NCBI RefSeq assembly: GCF_006345805.1
Contig: NW_021831922.1
Location: 1 to 34,158, forward strand
Reading direction: 5' to 3'
Origin: Octopus sinensis
Taxonomy: Eukaryota
Length of the DNA: 34,158 nt
Under the pieces are notes generated by a model. It was given only the letters and a program-made list of their open reading frames with translations, had not been told where the DNA came from and searched no databases. This document shows positions 1-12,191 of the stretch, piece by piece (the first letter of the stretch is position 1; every line of letters starts with the position of its first letter). A program made the position numbers and the translations under genes.

Positions 1-434
1 TATAAGTAGAAAGAAGAATATACAAGAAAACAGATATAAGCAGAAAACACAGGAAATGAATACAAGAGAAAAGAGAAAAAATATAATGAATGGGGGAAAA
101 CAGAAATGTTTGTGAAAAATATTATAAATCAACAAACACAGAAAAAAACATGTATAGCAAAGATTGAGAGAAAACAGATAATATGTAAAAGCCACAGGAG
201 GATATGAAAGTAAACAGAAAAAATAGTAATTATAGAAGGAAGGTGAATCTGAAAAATCTGGAATGCTAGTGAGTAAAGTAAAAATATCTGACAGAGAGGA
301 AAAACAGATATAAGTACACACCACTGGCAAATACAAGAGAATACAGAAAAACCACAATGAACAAGGGAAACAAATTTTAAAAACAGAAATGCTAGTGGAA
401 AATATTGAAAATCTAATAGACAGTGGTGGTGGTG

Positions 435-466
<32 letters not shown>

Positions 467-825
467 GGCAGCAGCAACAGCAGTAGTCATAGCAGTCTCG
501 CAGTGTAGCAGTGATGGTGGTGCTAGTGGTGACGATTACGGTGGTAGTGGTGTCAATGTATTTATGTGATGTTCAGCTGCTGAAACCCACCTTAAAACAC
601 TCCCCCACACCTAAAAACCATTCTTGCAGAGTAAAGATTGAGGGAAAGTAGCTATAGAAAACAGAAATAGAAAATAATGGATACAGAAGAAAACAGAAAA
701 ACAGTAATTATAGAGTGAAAGTAGATCCTAAAAATTTAGAATACTAGAGAGAAAGGCGAAAATATGTGGCAGAGAAAGAAAAACAGATATATGTAGAAAC
801 CACTGGAGAGGAATCATCATCATCA

Positions 826-1165
826 TCATCCTCATCATCATTTAACGTCCATTTTCCGTGCTAGCACGGGTTGGACGGTTCGACCGGGGTCTGGGAAGCC
901 AGGGCTGCACCGGGCTCCAGTCTGATCTGGCAGTGTTTCTACAGCTGGATGCCCTTCCTAACGCCAACCACTCCGAGAGTGTAGTATATATTAGATTATA
1001 TATATTAATATATATATATAATCATCCTCATCATCATTTAACGTCCGTTGTTCCGTGCTAGCACGGGTTGGACGGTTCGACCGGGGTCTGGGAAGCCAGG
1101 GCTGCACCGGGCTCCAGTCTGATCTGGCAGTGTTTCTACAGCTGGATGCCCTTCCTAATGCCAAT
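826..1165 (-). mobile_element. Two tandem near-identical 3' fragments of a retroposon with (GAT)n tail (family D, RTE-like tail)
   Basis: CATCATTTAACGTCC..TTCC(G/A)TGCTAGCA.GGGTTGGACGG block at about 826 and 1020; same block at 1391, 11388, 16250, 32867. Confidence 0.8.
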
Positions 1166-1390
1166 AACAGAAAATATAACAGAAAACAGGAAAAAATATA
1201 TGAGTAAGGCAACAGATTTTGAAAATAGAACTGTTAGTGAAAAATATTAAAAATCTGACAGACACACTTTAAAAGACAGATATAAAGCAGAAATTGGGGA
1301 AAACAGATATATGTGAAGTAAAAAGAAAATGAATACAAAAGAAAACACTAATGATAGAGGGAGAACAGATTTTGCAACAATGGAACGCTA

Positions 1391-1885
1391 ATCATCATCA
1401 TCATCATCATCATCGTCATCATTTAACGTCCGCTTTCCATGCTAGCATGGGTTGGACGATTTGACTGAGGTCTGGCGAACCAGATGGCGATGCCAGGCTC
1501 CAATCCGATCTGGCAGAGTTTCTACAGCTGGATGTCCTTCCCAACGCCAACCACTCCGAGAGTGTAGTGGGTGCTTTTACATGCCACTGACACGAGAGCC
1601 AGTCTAGCGGTACTGGTAATGGCCATGCTCGAAATGGTGTTTTTTACATGCCACCTGCACAGGAGTCAGTCCAGTGGCACTGGCAACAACCTCGTTCAAA
1701 TGTTTTTTTCACGTGCCACAAGCACAAGTGCCAGTAATGCGACATAGGTAACAATCACGCTTGAATGGTGCTTTTTTACATACCACCGGCACAGAGGTCA
1801 GCTTGTTGTTCTGGCAATGATCACGTTCGTATGGTACTCTTAGCGTTCCACTAGCACAGATGCCAGTCATCGAATTTGATTTCTT
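1391..1885 (-). mobile_element. Family D retroposon copy
   Basis: (ATC)n tail, CTACAGCTGGATG.CCTTCC.AACGCCAACC core, internal GTGCCAC subrepeats. Confidence 0.75.
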
Positions 1886-1944
1886 GCCTCTTATATATAT
1901 ATATATATATATATATAATCAACAACAATAATGATAATGGTTTC

Positions 1945-2128
1945 AAAATTTGTCATAAGAGCAACAGTTTGGTGGGTGGAGGATAGTCGATTATATCGAC
2001 CCAAGTGTTTCACTGGTACTTAATTTATCAACCCCGTACGGATGAAAAGCAAAGTCGAGCTCGGCGGAATCTGAACTCAAAACATAGCATTTCGTCCAGC
2101 GTGCTAACGATTCTGCCAGCTTGGCGCC

Positions 2129-2130
<2 letters not shown>
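1945..2130 (-). mobile_element. tRNA-headed SINE (family E)
   Basis: Shares GTCGATTATATCGACCC...CTGGTACTTAATTTATC...GCAAAGTCGA...GAATTTGAACTC with 21640-21830. Confidence 0.65.
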
Positions 2131-2167
<37 letters not shown>

Positions 2168-2869
2168 GAGGAGGGAGCCAGTTGATTAGGTCGCCTCAGT
2201 ACGCAACTGGTACTTAATTTATCGATGTTTTAGTAGAACAACTCAATCCCAGGACTTATTTGTTAAGCTTAGCACTTATTCTATCAGCCAGACAGCCGCT
2301 CTGGCAGTGATCCCGCTCGGATGGAGCTAGCGCTAATGAAAATGATAAAAGAAGAAATCATAGGAGAGTACAACAGAAAACAGAAAACCATGAAAGAAGG
2401 GAAACAGATTTTGAAAATAGAAATGCTAGGGAAAAATACCAAAAATTGACAAACACAGAAAAAACCAGATATATAGCAAAGGTTGACAAAAACAGATAAA
2501 AGTAAAAGCAACAGGAGAAAAATATAAAAATAAACAGGGAAAACAGGTTTTATGAAGAAGGAGAAAAAAAACAGAAAAGAAAAACAGCATACAAAACTTG
2601 AGGACTACTTGTACCAGTAACATACTGAGGTCCATTTTATACTACTCCATTGCTCCTCTGTAAATTTCTTAAACTCTGTTGGTGCTTTATAACAAAAGTC
2701 CCCCCAAAAATCGATATTCAATCGCTAGTAAAAATTCCAGACAATTCAGAAATTCCTGCCCCTCCTCTCGGAATCCCGTTACAGAACAGCTGTCACACCC
2801 CCTACCGGATGTTACCTTACACAAAGAAGAGACACATTCTATGCATGCTTTGTATGCGTGTATGGATGT

Positions 2870-2889
2870 GCATGTATATATATATATAT

Positions 2890-2924
<35 letters not shown>

Positions 2925-3007
2925 CAACACTATATATATATATATATACACACTATTATATATATATACTATGTATAATACTATATATATATATATATAT
3001 ATACACT

Positions 3008-3046
<39 letters not shown>

Positions 3047-3265
3047 CTATATATATGCTATATATAAATATGCTATATATATATATATATATGCTATATA
3101 TATATATACTATATATATATACTTCTATGGATATGACTGTTAGCATGTATGTGCCTCTGTATGTGTGTGTGTTTGAGTGTGTATATATATATGTGTGTGT
3201 GTATGTAGATGTAGATGTATGTGTCAGTGTAGGTGTCACTACACATGTGAGCATGCAAGCATATG

Positions 3266-3316
<51 letters not shown>

Positions 3317-3870
3317 GTATATATATATATCATACATATATATATGCATGTATATACTCAAGTACATGTGTATATATGTATACATGTACATCTATGTATG
3401 CATTCATGCATATGTATGTATGTGTGTATGTGAATATGCTTGTGTCTGTTGAGGAGCATGTATGTATGTGTATATGTATACATGTGGTATATATAGGTAC
3501 GTATGCATGGGCCTTTGTATGTGTATGTATACAAGTATATGAATGCAAACATACATGTATGCACATGTATGTGTGTGTGTATACATATATACATATATAT
3601 ATATGCATACATACATATATATATATACACACACATATATATATATATGTATATACACACTCACACACAAACACACACATACATATATATAGACACATAT
3701 ATACATACATATAGATGTATCAATGTATATATATTCATGTATGTATACATTTATGTAGATATATATATATATACATACATACACATGCGTAGATGTATTT
3801 GTATATATATATATACAAATGCATCTACGCATGTGTGCGTATATGCATATATATGTGTGTGTGTGCATGT
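2870..3870. repeat. (TA)n/(CA)n/(TG)n compound microsatellite
   Basis: Direct reading; source of the Y/I/H/T-rich pseudo-ORFs. Confidence 0.95.
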
Positions 3871-3899
3871 GCTGGTATGGTGCAATTTAGTGATTGTTT

Positions 3900-4800
3900 G
3901 TGATGTTGCAGCTGTGTTGCGGTGGTGGTGGTGGTGTGTGATGGTAATCTATCATGGTAGTGCGAGAAGTAGTTGTGGTGGCAGTGGTGGTGGTGGTAGC
4001 GATGGTTGTGGTGGTGGTGGTAGCGATGGTTGTGGTGGTGGTGGTAGCGATGGTTGTGGTGGTGGTGGTAGCGATGGTTGTGGTGGTTGTAATAGTACCA
4101 GTAGTGGTGGTGGTGAGGGTAGCGATGGTAGTACTACAAGTTGTAGTAGTGGTAGTGGTAGTGGTGGTGGTGGTGAGAGTGTTATTTGTGGGTGTACTGG
4201 TTGTAATAGTTCTGGTAGCAATGGTGGTGGTAGTGGCAGTGGTGGTGGTGGTGGTGGTAGTACTACAAGTAGTAGTAGTAGTGGTGGTGAGAGTGGTATT
4301 TGTGGGAGTACTGGTTGTAATAGTTCCAGTTGTAATGGTGATGGTGGTGGTAATGGTGGTAGTAGTGGTTGTGGCAGTAGTAGTGGTGGTGGTAGTGGTG
4401 GTGATGGTGGTGTGGTGGTGATGGTGGTAGTAGTGGTTGTGGCAGTAGTAGTGGTGGTAGTGGTGGTGATGGTGGTGGTGATGGTGATGGTGGTAGTAGT
4501 GGTTGTGACAGTAGTAGTGGTGGTAGTGGTGATGATGGTGGTGGTGATGGTACTAGTAGTAGTAGTGGTTGTGGTGGTAGTAGTGGTGGGGGGTGGTAGT
4601 GATAATAGTACTACTGGTAGTAGTAGTAGTAGTAGTAGTAGTAGAAGCAGTAGCAATGGTGGTGGTAGTAGTAGTAGTAGTAGCAGAAGTAGCAGCAGTA
4701 GTGGTGGCGGTGGTAGTAGTAGTATAGTAGTAGTAGTAGTAGTAGTAGGAGTAGTAGTAGTAGTAGTAGTAGTAGCAGTAGTGGCAGCAGCAACAGCAGT
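3900..4800. repeat. (GGT)n/(AGT)n trinucleotide field
   Basis: Direct reading; includes four copies of GGTAGCGATGGTTGTGGT(GGT)n. Confidence 0.95.
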
Positions 4801-5149
4801 AGTCATAGCAGCCTCGCAGTGCAGCAGTGATGGTGGTGCCAGTAGTGACGCCAGCTGTTTCGATGACGGTTACGGTGGTAGTGGTGTCAATGTATTTCTG
4901 TGATGTTCAGCTGCTGAAACCCACCTTAAAACACTCCCCCCACACCTAAAAACCATTCTTGCTAACAATGTCTTCTGTTCTGGCTTAGAATTTTTTGTGT
5001 CTTTTTTTTGTTTTTTAATTCCATTTTTTATTGTTTTTTTATTTCATTTTAGTTCTTTTTATAGTTTTTTCTCGTTTAATCCTCCTGCTCAGACATGCGT
5101 GTACGCGTATTCACGCATGTTCATCTGCATTGTTGCACGCACACTATAT

Positions 5150-5187
5150 TTGTGTGCATACATACATACATATATATATATACATAC

Positions 5188-5219
<32 letters not shown>

Positions 5220-5266
5220 GCATATATATGTTTATATGTGTGTGTATATATGTATATATGTGTGTA

Positions 5267-5316
<50 letters not shown>

Positions 5317-5389
5317 TATATACATATATATATATAATACATACTCACATGCATATATATACATGCACACATATAAACATATATATATT

Positions 5390-5420
<31 letters not shown>

Positions 5421-5568
5421 ATATATATGTATGTTTATATGCGAGTGTATGTGTGTATGTGCGTGCATCATATATCAGTGCCTGTATGCATGAGCAAATA
5501 TGTGCATACATGCATGTCAAGACTGCACGTGCTCTGTGATATATATATATATACATACATATATACAA

Positions 5569-5604
<36 letters not shown>

Positions 5605-5644
5605 CACAGACCATATTTGTACATACATTTATATATACATTTTA

Positions 5645-5688
<44 letters not shown>

Positions 5689-5750
5689 AAATGTATGCGT
5701 ATGTGTGTGCGTGTATATATGTATACATGTATGTATATATGTGTGTATAC
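5150..5750. repeat. (TA)n/(TG)n microsatellite
   Basis: Direct reading. Confidence 0.95.
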
Positions 5751-6209
5751 ATGTTGATAATTCATTACCGTCTTCTATTCTGTTTCTCCTCACCATTTCT
5801 TTACTGGCAGCCAACACCTACTCAACCAGCACTTCAATCTTGTTCCACATTCACAACATTCCCCACCACCACCACACCACCACCACTACAGCATCACCTC
5901 TAACCATCCCTCACTCTCTCCACACACTCTTTTATAACCTTTACCCACTCCCTTTCCGCACCCTCTCTCGTATTCACCTTTGACGCTCCACCCTGGCACG
6001 TCTCTACAAACATGTTTATCTTTCAGCTCCACCCCGGGTCCTCCTACAGGCTTTTACTAAATGTGGGGTGCACGTGTATTTCTTCTACAGCGGGGGGGGG
6101 GGGGCATTTGAAGGTTGGTGACAGGAAAGGGACCCAGCAGGGGAAAATAGAAAATTTGCCTCAAAGGATTACATTTGACCCAAGTGAGCTGGGAAAAGGG
6201 AATCATTTG

Positions 6210-6355
6210 CCTCTTGAATTTGATTTTGATTTCGATCTCACTTGCCTCAACGAGTCTTCGCAAGCAGAGTTTAGTGTCCAATGAGGGAGAGGTACGCATA
6301 AGTGGGCTGGTTACACCTCCTGCATAGGCCACGAGGTTATGGTCTCACTTGGCTT
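6210..6355 (-). mobile_element. Probable fragment of a LINE/SINE 3' region continuous with family D
   Basis: Starts with the TTTGATTTCGAT motif that also ends family D copies (1875, 16765, 33215); family assignment is from recall only. Confidence 0.45.
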
Positions 6356-6559
6356 ATATATATATATAAACATACTGGATCTCTTCTTGTCAGGAGTCCC
6401 AGATGAACCTACCTCATGACAGGAGACGCAGATGCGGGCAGCAGCATCGAACTCCCTTGTAGATCAAGTGCCACGTATCAGAGGTGGATTCACATATTAG
6501 TGTAGCTCATTCAGCGGTGGTGCCCCAGCATGGCCGCAGCCTTTGGGCTAAAACATTTT

Positions 6560-6872
6560 TAAGGATTTAAGGATTTATTTACATTTACATTTGACAGATA
6601 TGTCCTCATCTTGTTTCTTGTTAACACAATGTTTCGGCTGATACACCCTCCAGCCCTCATCAGGTTTTCTTGGGGAAATTTTGAACCTGGGTTCTCATCC
6701 CTAAGGTATTTTTCAATGTCGTCGTCGTCGTCCTCGTTGTCGTCGTCGTCATCATCATCATCATTGTTATTATTATTTTTATTATTATTTTTATTCAGGT
6801 CACTGCCTGAAATTGAACTTGGATTCTTAGGGCTAGTAGCCTGTGCTCTTAACCACTACGCCATATGCCCAA
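6560..6872 (-). mobile_element. tRNA-headed SINE carrying a hammerhead-like motif in its 3' half
   Basis: Minus-strand head GGCGTAGTGGTTAAGAGC (A box) ... AAGTTCAATT (B-box-like), simple-repeat linker, then CTGATGA-GGGCTG..CAGCC-GAAA. Confidence 0.7.
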
Positions 6873-7090
6873 GCAATCTTTCAGGCTCTGCTTAGGACAC
6901 TGGACAGTGAGAAAATAAGAAAAGAGAGAAAAGAAAAAAAATAACAAGAAGGAAAACACAAAGAAGATTGATGCCCACCCCACCCAAAAAAAAGTGGATT
7001 GTGAAGAAAGAAATGAAAGCAAGAAAAACCAAGATCCCCATCCTCTTTGGATGCAGAAACCACAATTAACACAGCTGGTAATAGAAGAAG

Positions 7091-7461
7091 GTGGAGACGC
7101 AATGGCCCAGTGGTTAGGGCAGCGGACTCGCAGTTTCGATTCCAAGACCAGGTGTTGTGAGTGTTTATTGAGCGAAAACACCTAAAGCTCCACGAGTCTC
7201 CGGCAGGGGATGGTGGTGATCCCTGCTGTACTCTTTCACCACAACTTTCTCTCACTCTTACTTCCTGTTTCTGTTGTACCTGTATTTCAAAGGGCCGGCC
7301 TTGTCACTCTCTGTGCCACGCTGAATATCCCCGAGAACTGCGTTAAGGGTACACATGTCTGTGGAGTGCTCAGCCACTTGCACGTTAATTTCACGAGCAG
7401 GCTGTTCCGTTGATTCGGATCAACCGGAACCCTCATCGTCGTAACCGACGGAGTGCTTCCA
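7091..7461 (+). mobile_element. tRNA-derived SINE (family B), full length
   Basis: A box TGGCCCAGTGG, B-box-like TTCGATTCC; near-identical body at 19918-20301 and 14105-14287. Confidence 0.9.
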
Positions 7462-7613
7462 TCCAATAGAAGAAGATAATAAGCAAACACATACATATAT
7501 ATACACATTATACAGAGAAAGACAGACAGACACAAAGAGAGAGAGAGAGACAGAGAGAGGGGGGAACAGATGGACAGACAGACAGACACAGAGTGACAGA
7601 GAAAGCAACTGAC

Positions 7614-7727
7614 CTTTTGTCTTCCACATGATGTGCCATCAGCTGGGATAATCTTTTGGCAATGTCCAGAGTTGGTAGAGCACCAAAGGCCAGTACAAAG
7701 ACCACGATATGATGACCAATACTTTGA
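7614..7727 (-). CDS. Exon: SKYWSSYRGLCTGLWCSTNSGHCQKIIPADGTSCGRQK
   Basis: Acceptor cttttttccttgtcaacttcAG, donor aag|GTCAGT; 114 nt, phase 0-0; C..LWC......C....PADGTxCG..K pattern of the ADAMTS Cys-rich domain. Confidence 0.95.
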
Positions 7728-7789
7728 CTGAAGTTGACAAGGAAAAAAGACAATCTTTACAAAATGGAAATTTTATACACACATATGTC

Positions 7790-7803
7790 TATATCTATCT
7801 AAG

Positions 7804-7838
<35 letters not shown>

Positions 7839-7914
7839 GTTTATCTATCTATCTAATCTATCTATCTATCTATCTATCTAATCTATCTGTCTATCTATCT
7901 ATCTAATCTATCTG

Positions 7915-7947
<33 letters not shown>

Positions 7948-7972
7948 TTATATCTCTCTATCTATCTCTGTA

Positions 7973-8004
<32 letters not shown>

Positions 8005-8068
8005 CATCCATCCATCCATCTATCTATATATCTATCCATCTATCTATATATCTATCCATCTATCTATA

Positions 8069-8103
<35 letters not shown>

Positions 8104-8142
8104 TTATCTATCTGTCTATCTATCTATCTATCTATCTATCTG

Positions 8143-8189
<47 letters not shown>

Positions 8190-8238
8190 GTCTGTCTGCC
8201 TGTCTATCTATCCATCTATCTATCTATCTATCTGTCTG

Positions 8239-8298
<60 letters not shown>

Positions 8299-8300
8299 AG
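7790..8300. repeat. (ATCT)n tetranucleotide microsatellite
   Basis: Direct reading. Confidence 0.97.
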
Positions 8301-8981
8301 TCTATCTAAGCCACACATATATATATACGCACATACTAAGCCACACACCTCCACTTATATACACACACATACACACTAAGCAACACATATACACACACAC
8401 ACATACTAAGCCACACATATACACACACACACACATACTAAATCACATGCCCCCACTTATATATACACACATACATACTTAGCCACACATATATATATAC
8501 ACACATATACTAAACCATACACCTCCACTCATATATACACACATACACATTAAGCAACACATATACACATACACACACATACTAAGTCACATACACCCAC
8601 TTATATATATATACACATACATACCAAGCCACACACATATATATATACACATACTAAGCCACACACCTCCACTCATATACACACACACACACTAAGCAAC
8701 ACATATACTCACACACATACTAAGCCACCTGCCTCCACTCATATATACACACATACAAACAAACATATTTACAGAATACACATGCACAAACACACACTCA
8801 CAGAACCTCAAACACATTCACACACACACACATACACATTCATGCATACATGTACACCAACACATGCACAAAACCCATAAACACATTCACAGAACCTCAC
8901 ACACATACACGTTCAAACATACATACAAACGTGTACACAAAACACACACATGCATTCACAAACATATACACATGTCTAAAT

Positions 8982-9016
<35 letters not shown>

Positions 9017-9080
9017 CACATGTCTAAGCACATACACAGAAGCACACACACACACACGCATGCCCATACACACACATATA
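8300..9080. repeat. CA-rich minisatellite with recurring ACTAAGCCACAC and CTCCACTCATATA motifs
   Basis: Motif recurs about 10 times between 8300 and 8740. Confidence 0.8.
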
Positions 9081-9098
9081 GATGAATAATTGACTCAC

Positions 9099-9228
9099 CC
9101 GACATACATACGACGTCTCTCCAAAGATGTGTTGACACTGGACATCAGCGTCAAACATTTGACCAAGCTGACGGTGTGGCTTTGAACGACGGACGGACGG
9201 TGTGTTCTTCAGACAGTTTGCGTTCTCT
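9099..9228 (-). CDS. Exon: ENANCLKNTPSVRRSKPHRQLGQMFDADVQCQHIFGETSYVCR
   Basis: Acceptor ctattgcAG, donor cgg|GTGAGT; 130 nt, phase 2-0; CLxNxP end of the protease domain and GQxxDADxQC..xFG start of the ADAMTS Cys-rich/disintegrin-like domain. Confidence 0.95.
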
Positions 9229-9239
9229 CTGCAATAGTT

Positions 9240-9259
9240 GTAGTAGTAGTAGTATTAAT

Positions 9260-9293
<34 letters not shown>

Positions 9294-9296
9294 GTT

Positions 9297-9328
<32 letters not shown>

Positions 9329-9890
9329 GGTGGTGGTGGTGGTGGTGGTGGTGGTGGTGGTGGTGGTGATGGTGGTGATGTTGGTGTTGGTGGTGGTGGT
9401 GGTGGAGGTGGTGGTGGTGGAGGTGGTGGTGGTGGTGGTGGTGGAGGTGGTGGTGGTGGAGGTGGTGTTGGTGGTGGAGGTGGTGATGGAGGAGGTGCTG
9501 GTGGTGGAGGTGGTGGTGGTGGAGGTTGTGGTGGTGGAGGTGGTGTTGGTGGTGGAGGTTGTGGTGGTGGTGGATGTGGTGGAGGTGGTGGTGGAGGCGG
9601 TGTTGGTGGTGGGAGTGGTGGTGGTGGAGGTGGTGTTGGAGGTGGTGGTGGTGGAGGCGATGTTAGTGGTGGAGGTGGTGGTGGTGTTGGTGGTGGAGGT
9701 GGTGGTGGAGGAGGTGGTGGTGGAGGCGGTGTTGGTGGTGGAGGTGGTGGTGTTGTTGGTGGTGGAGGTGGTGGTGGTGGAGGTGGTGGAGGTTGTGGTG
9801 ATGGAGGAGGTGGTGGTGGTGATGGTGGTGGAAGTGGTGTTGGTGGAGGTTGTGGTGGTGGAGGTTGTGGTGGTGGTGAAGATGGTGGAA
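9240..9890. repeat. (AGT)n/(ATT)n/(GGT)n field starting directly upstream of the 9228 acceptor
   Basis: Direct reading. Confidence 0.95.
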
Positions 9891-10399
9891 TCCTAGGATT
9901 CCATTATTCCATATCTAAGTATATGAACTATATTTGGAATACGAGACAATATAACGGATCTTACATGTGAATATTATGGATTATTACAGAAGACCAACCA
10001 AGGAAGTATATATGGATTTAAAGCCCCTCATCAAAGGCAGTAATTTTTAATTTTTAATTTATACTTCAAACACCATTTTATAGTATTACTTCAAATTTAA
10101 AAAAAAGAAACTACCATTCGATATGTTATACAAAATTCAAATTTTATATCTCTGAAGAGTAGATTGGACTGAGTGCTTGTCAAGTGGCACCAGCACAGGT
10201 GAGGTCACTTTTGCCATGGGTTTTACAGCTGAATGCCCTCCCAAATGGCAATCACTTCACTGTGTGGATTAGATGCATTTTATGTGGCACTAGCACTGGC
10301 AGGATTACCAAGTAACTTGCAAGACAAGGAATTTTGAGAAGGGAGGGGGCACTGGGGGAGGGGGTACTGGGGGAAGGGGGGGGGGTGATTTTATATATA

Positions 10400-10672
10400 T
10401 ATCTATGTGTGTGTGTCTGTGTGACTGTGTGAGTCCGTGTGTGTGTGACTCTGTGTGAGTGTGTATGTGTCTGTGAGTGTGTGCGTCTGTGTGTGTGTCT
10501 GTGAGTGTGTGAGTCTGTGTGTGTGCATCCATGTGAGTGTGTAAGTGTGAGTGTGAGTGTCTGTGTGAGTGTGTGCGTCTGTGTGTGTGTCTGTGAGTGT
10601 GTGAGTCTGTGTGTGTGCATCCATGTGAGTGTGTAAGTGTGAGTGTGAGTGTCTGTGTGAGTGTGTGCGTCT

Positions 10673-10703
<31 letters not shown>

Positions 10704-10905
10704 CGTCTGTGTGATTGTGTGTGTGTCAGTGAGTGTGTGCATCTGTGTGAGTGTGTGTCTGTCAGTGTGTGTGAGTCTGTGTGTATGCATCCATGTGAGT
10801 GTGTGAGTGTGTGCGCCTGTGTGACTGTGTGCGTGTGTGTGTCTGTGTGTCTGTGTGTGTGTGCGTCTGTGTGTGTGTGTCTGTGTGAGTGTGTGTGTGT
10901 CTTTG
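10400..10905. repeat. (GT)-rich minisatellite with a roughly 90-bp higher-order unit (GTGCATCCATGTGAGT)
   Basis: GCATCCATGTGAGT recurs at about 10525, 10617 and 10787. Confidence 0.85.
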
Positions 10906-11118
10906 TGTTGTGTCCCCCACCACTGCTTGCCAGCCTTTGTTGTTGTGTTTACATCTCCCACAACTTAGTGGTTCAGCAAAAGAGACTGATAGAATAAGTA
11001 CCAATTTAAAAAAAAACAAACAGAAGTACTGGTGTTAATTCATTTGACTAAAATTGTTGAAGGCAGTGCCCCAGCATGGCCACGGTCTAATGACAGATAA
11101 CAGAAACATAGTACTTAC

Positions 11119-11283
11119 TCGTTAAGGCGTTTCAGATTTTGGCCGACAGAGTTACTGGAGCAGGATGAGAAGTTCCACATATTGAGTATAGAACCTTCTG
11201 TGAGGGTCACACTTTTTGGCGACATGATGTAGTGGTCTTCTGGCCGACAAGGGTTCGAATCTCCATCATGGCGGGCTCCAAGA
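11119..11283 (-). CDS. Exon: (S)LGARHDGDSNPCRPEDHYIMSPKSVTLTEGSILNMWNFSSCSSNSVGQNLKRLN(E)
   Basis: Acceptor gttttaatgtAG, donor cga|GTAAGT; 165 nt, phase 2-2; third zinc His (LGARHD), Met-turn (YIMSP) and FSSCS motif. Confidence 0.95.
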
Positions 11284-11387
11284 CTACATTAAAACATTGG
11301 GAAAAAAAAAAAAATTGTTTTAGGTAATTTTGAAGAACAATCGAAAAGGGTGAAAGATGGCTAAGTCAACCTTGGTGTAATTTGAAA

Positions 11388-11640
11388 TCATCATCATCAT
11401 CATCATCGCTTAACATCCGCTTTCCATGCTAGCACGGGTTGGACGGTTCGACTGTGGTCTGGGAAGCCAGGAGGTTGCACCAGGCCCAGTCTGATCTGGC
11501 AGTGTTTCTACAGCTGGATGCCCTTCCTAACGCCAACCTCTCCATGAGTGTAGTGGGTGCTTTTTACGTGCCACAGGCTCAGGTGCCAGGTGAGGCTGGC
11601 AACAGCCACGATTGGTTGGTGCTTTTTATGTGTCACCGGA
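11388..11640 (-). mobile_element. Family D retroposon copy
   Basis: Same tail and core as 826 and 1391. Confidence 0.8.
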
Positions 11641-11764
11641 ATAGTAGTAGTAGTAGCAGCAGCAATTGTGGAAGTAGTAGTAGTAGTAGTAGTAGCAGCA
11701 GCAGTAATAGTCTAAGTAGTAGTAGTAATAGTAGTAGTAGTAGTAATAGTAGTAGTAATAGTAA

Positions 11765-11797
<33 letters not shown>

Positions 11798-12158
11798 CAG
11801 CAGCAGTAATAGTCTAAGTAGTAGTAGTAATAGTAGTAGTAGTAGTAATAGTAGTAGTAGTAGTAATAGTAATAGTAATAGTAGTAGTAGTAGTAGTAGT
11901 AATAGCAGCAGTAGTTGGTGTAGTAGTAGTAGCAGCAGCAGCAGTAGTAGTAGTAGTAGTATTAGTAATAGCAGCAGCAGTAGTAGTAGAGTAGTAGTAG
12001 CAGCAGTAATTGTGGAAGTAGTAGTAGAAATAGTAGTAGTAGTAGTAATAGTAGTAGTGGTAGTAGAAACAGTAGTCATAGTAGTAGTAGTAGTAGTAGT
12101 AGTAGCAGCAGCAGTTGTAGTGATTGTGGTATTAGAAGTAATGAAGTGGTGGTGCCGT

Positions 12159-12191
<33 letters not shown>

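Larger units (their letters stand above)
1..2600. repeat. Degenerate A-rich satellite-like array interrupted by SINEs and microsatellites
   Basis: Recurring motifs AAAACAGATATA and AAACAGAAATG(C/T)TAGTG(A/G)AAAATATT near 98, 381, 1221 and 2413. Confidence 0.6.

Noticed and set aside
2626-2724. Possible phase 0-0 exon RLNIDFWGDFCYKAPTEFKKFTEEQWSSIKWTS (minus strand, tactAG ... tca|GTATGT)
   Set aside because: Splice signals and frame are acceptable, but the exon after ...GTSCGRQK should begin with a WC..G.C-type motif, which this lacks. It could be a later exon or a repeat fragment; unsupported without RNA data.
2650-5760. Long Y/I/C/V/H-rich and poly-G/S/T ORFs in the ORF track (also 8850-10997, 11439-12161, 18497-19553, 23526-24251, 28909-31282)
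   Set aside because: They are translations of di-, tri- and tetranucleotide repeats that are open in several frames and on both strands.
6860-6901. Strong polypyrimidine acceptor followed by CPKQSLKDCLG (minus strand)
   Set aside because: Runs into a SINE head and a stop; no good donor; Cys spacing does not match the expected domain.
7091-7170. tRNA gene-like A/B boxes at many SINE heads
   Set aside because: Each is fused to a SINE body and lacks a complete cloverleaf, so none is called a tRNA gene.
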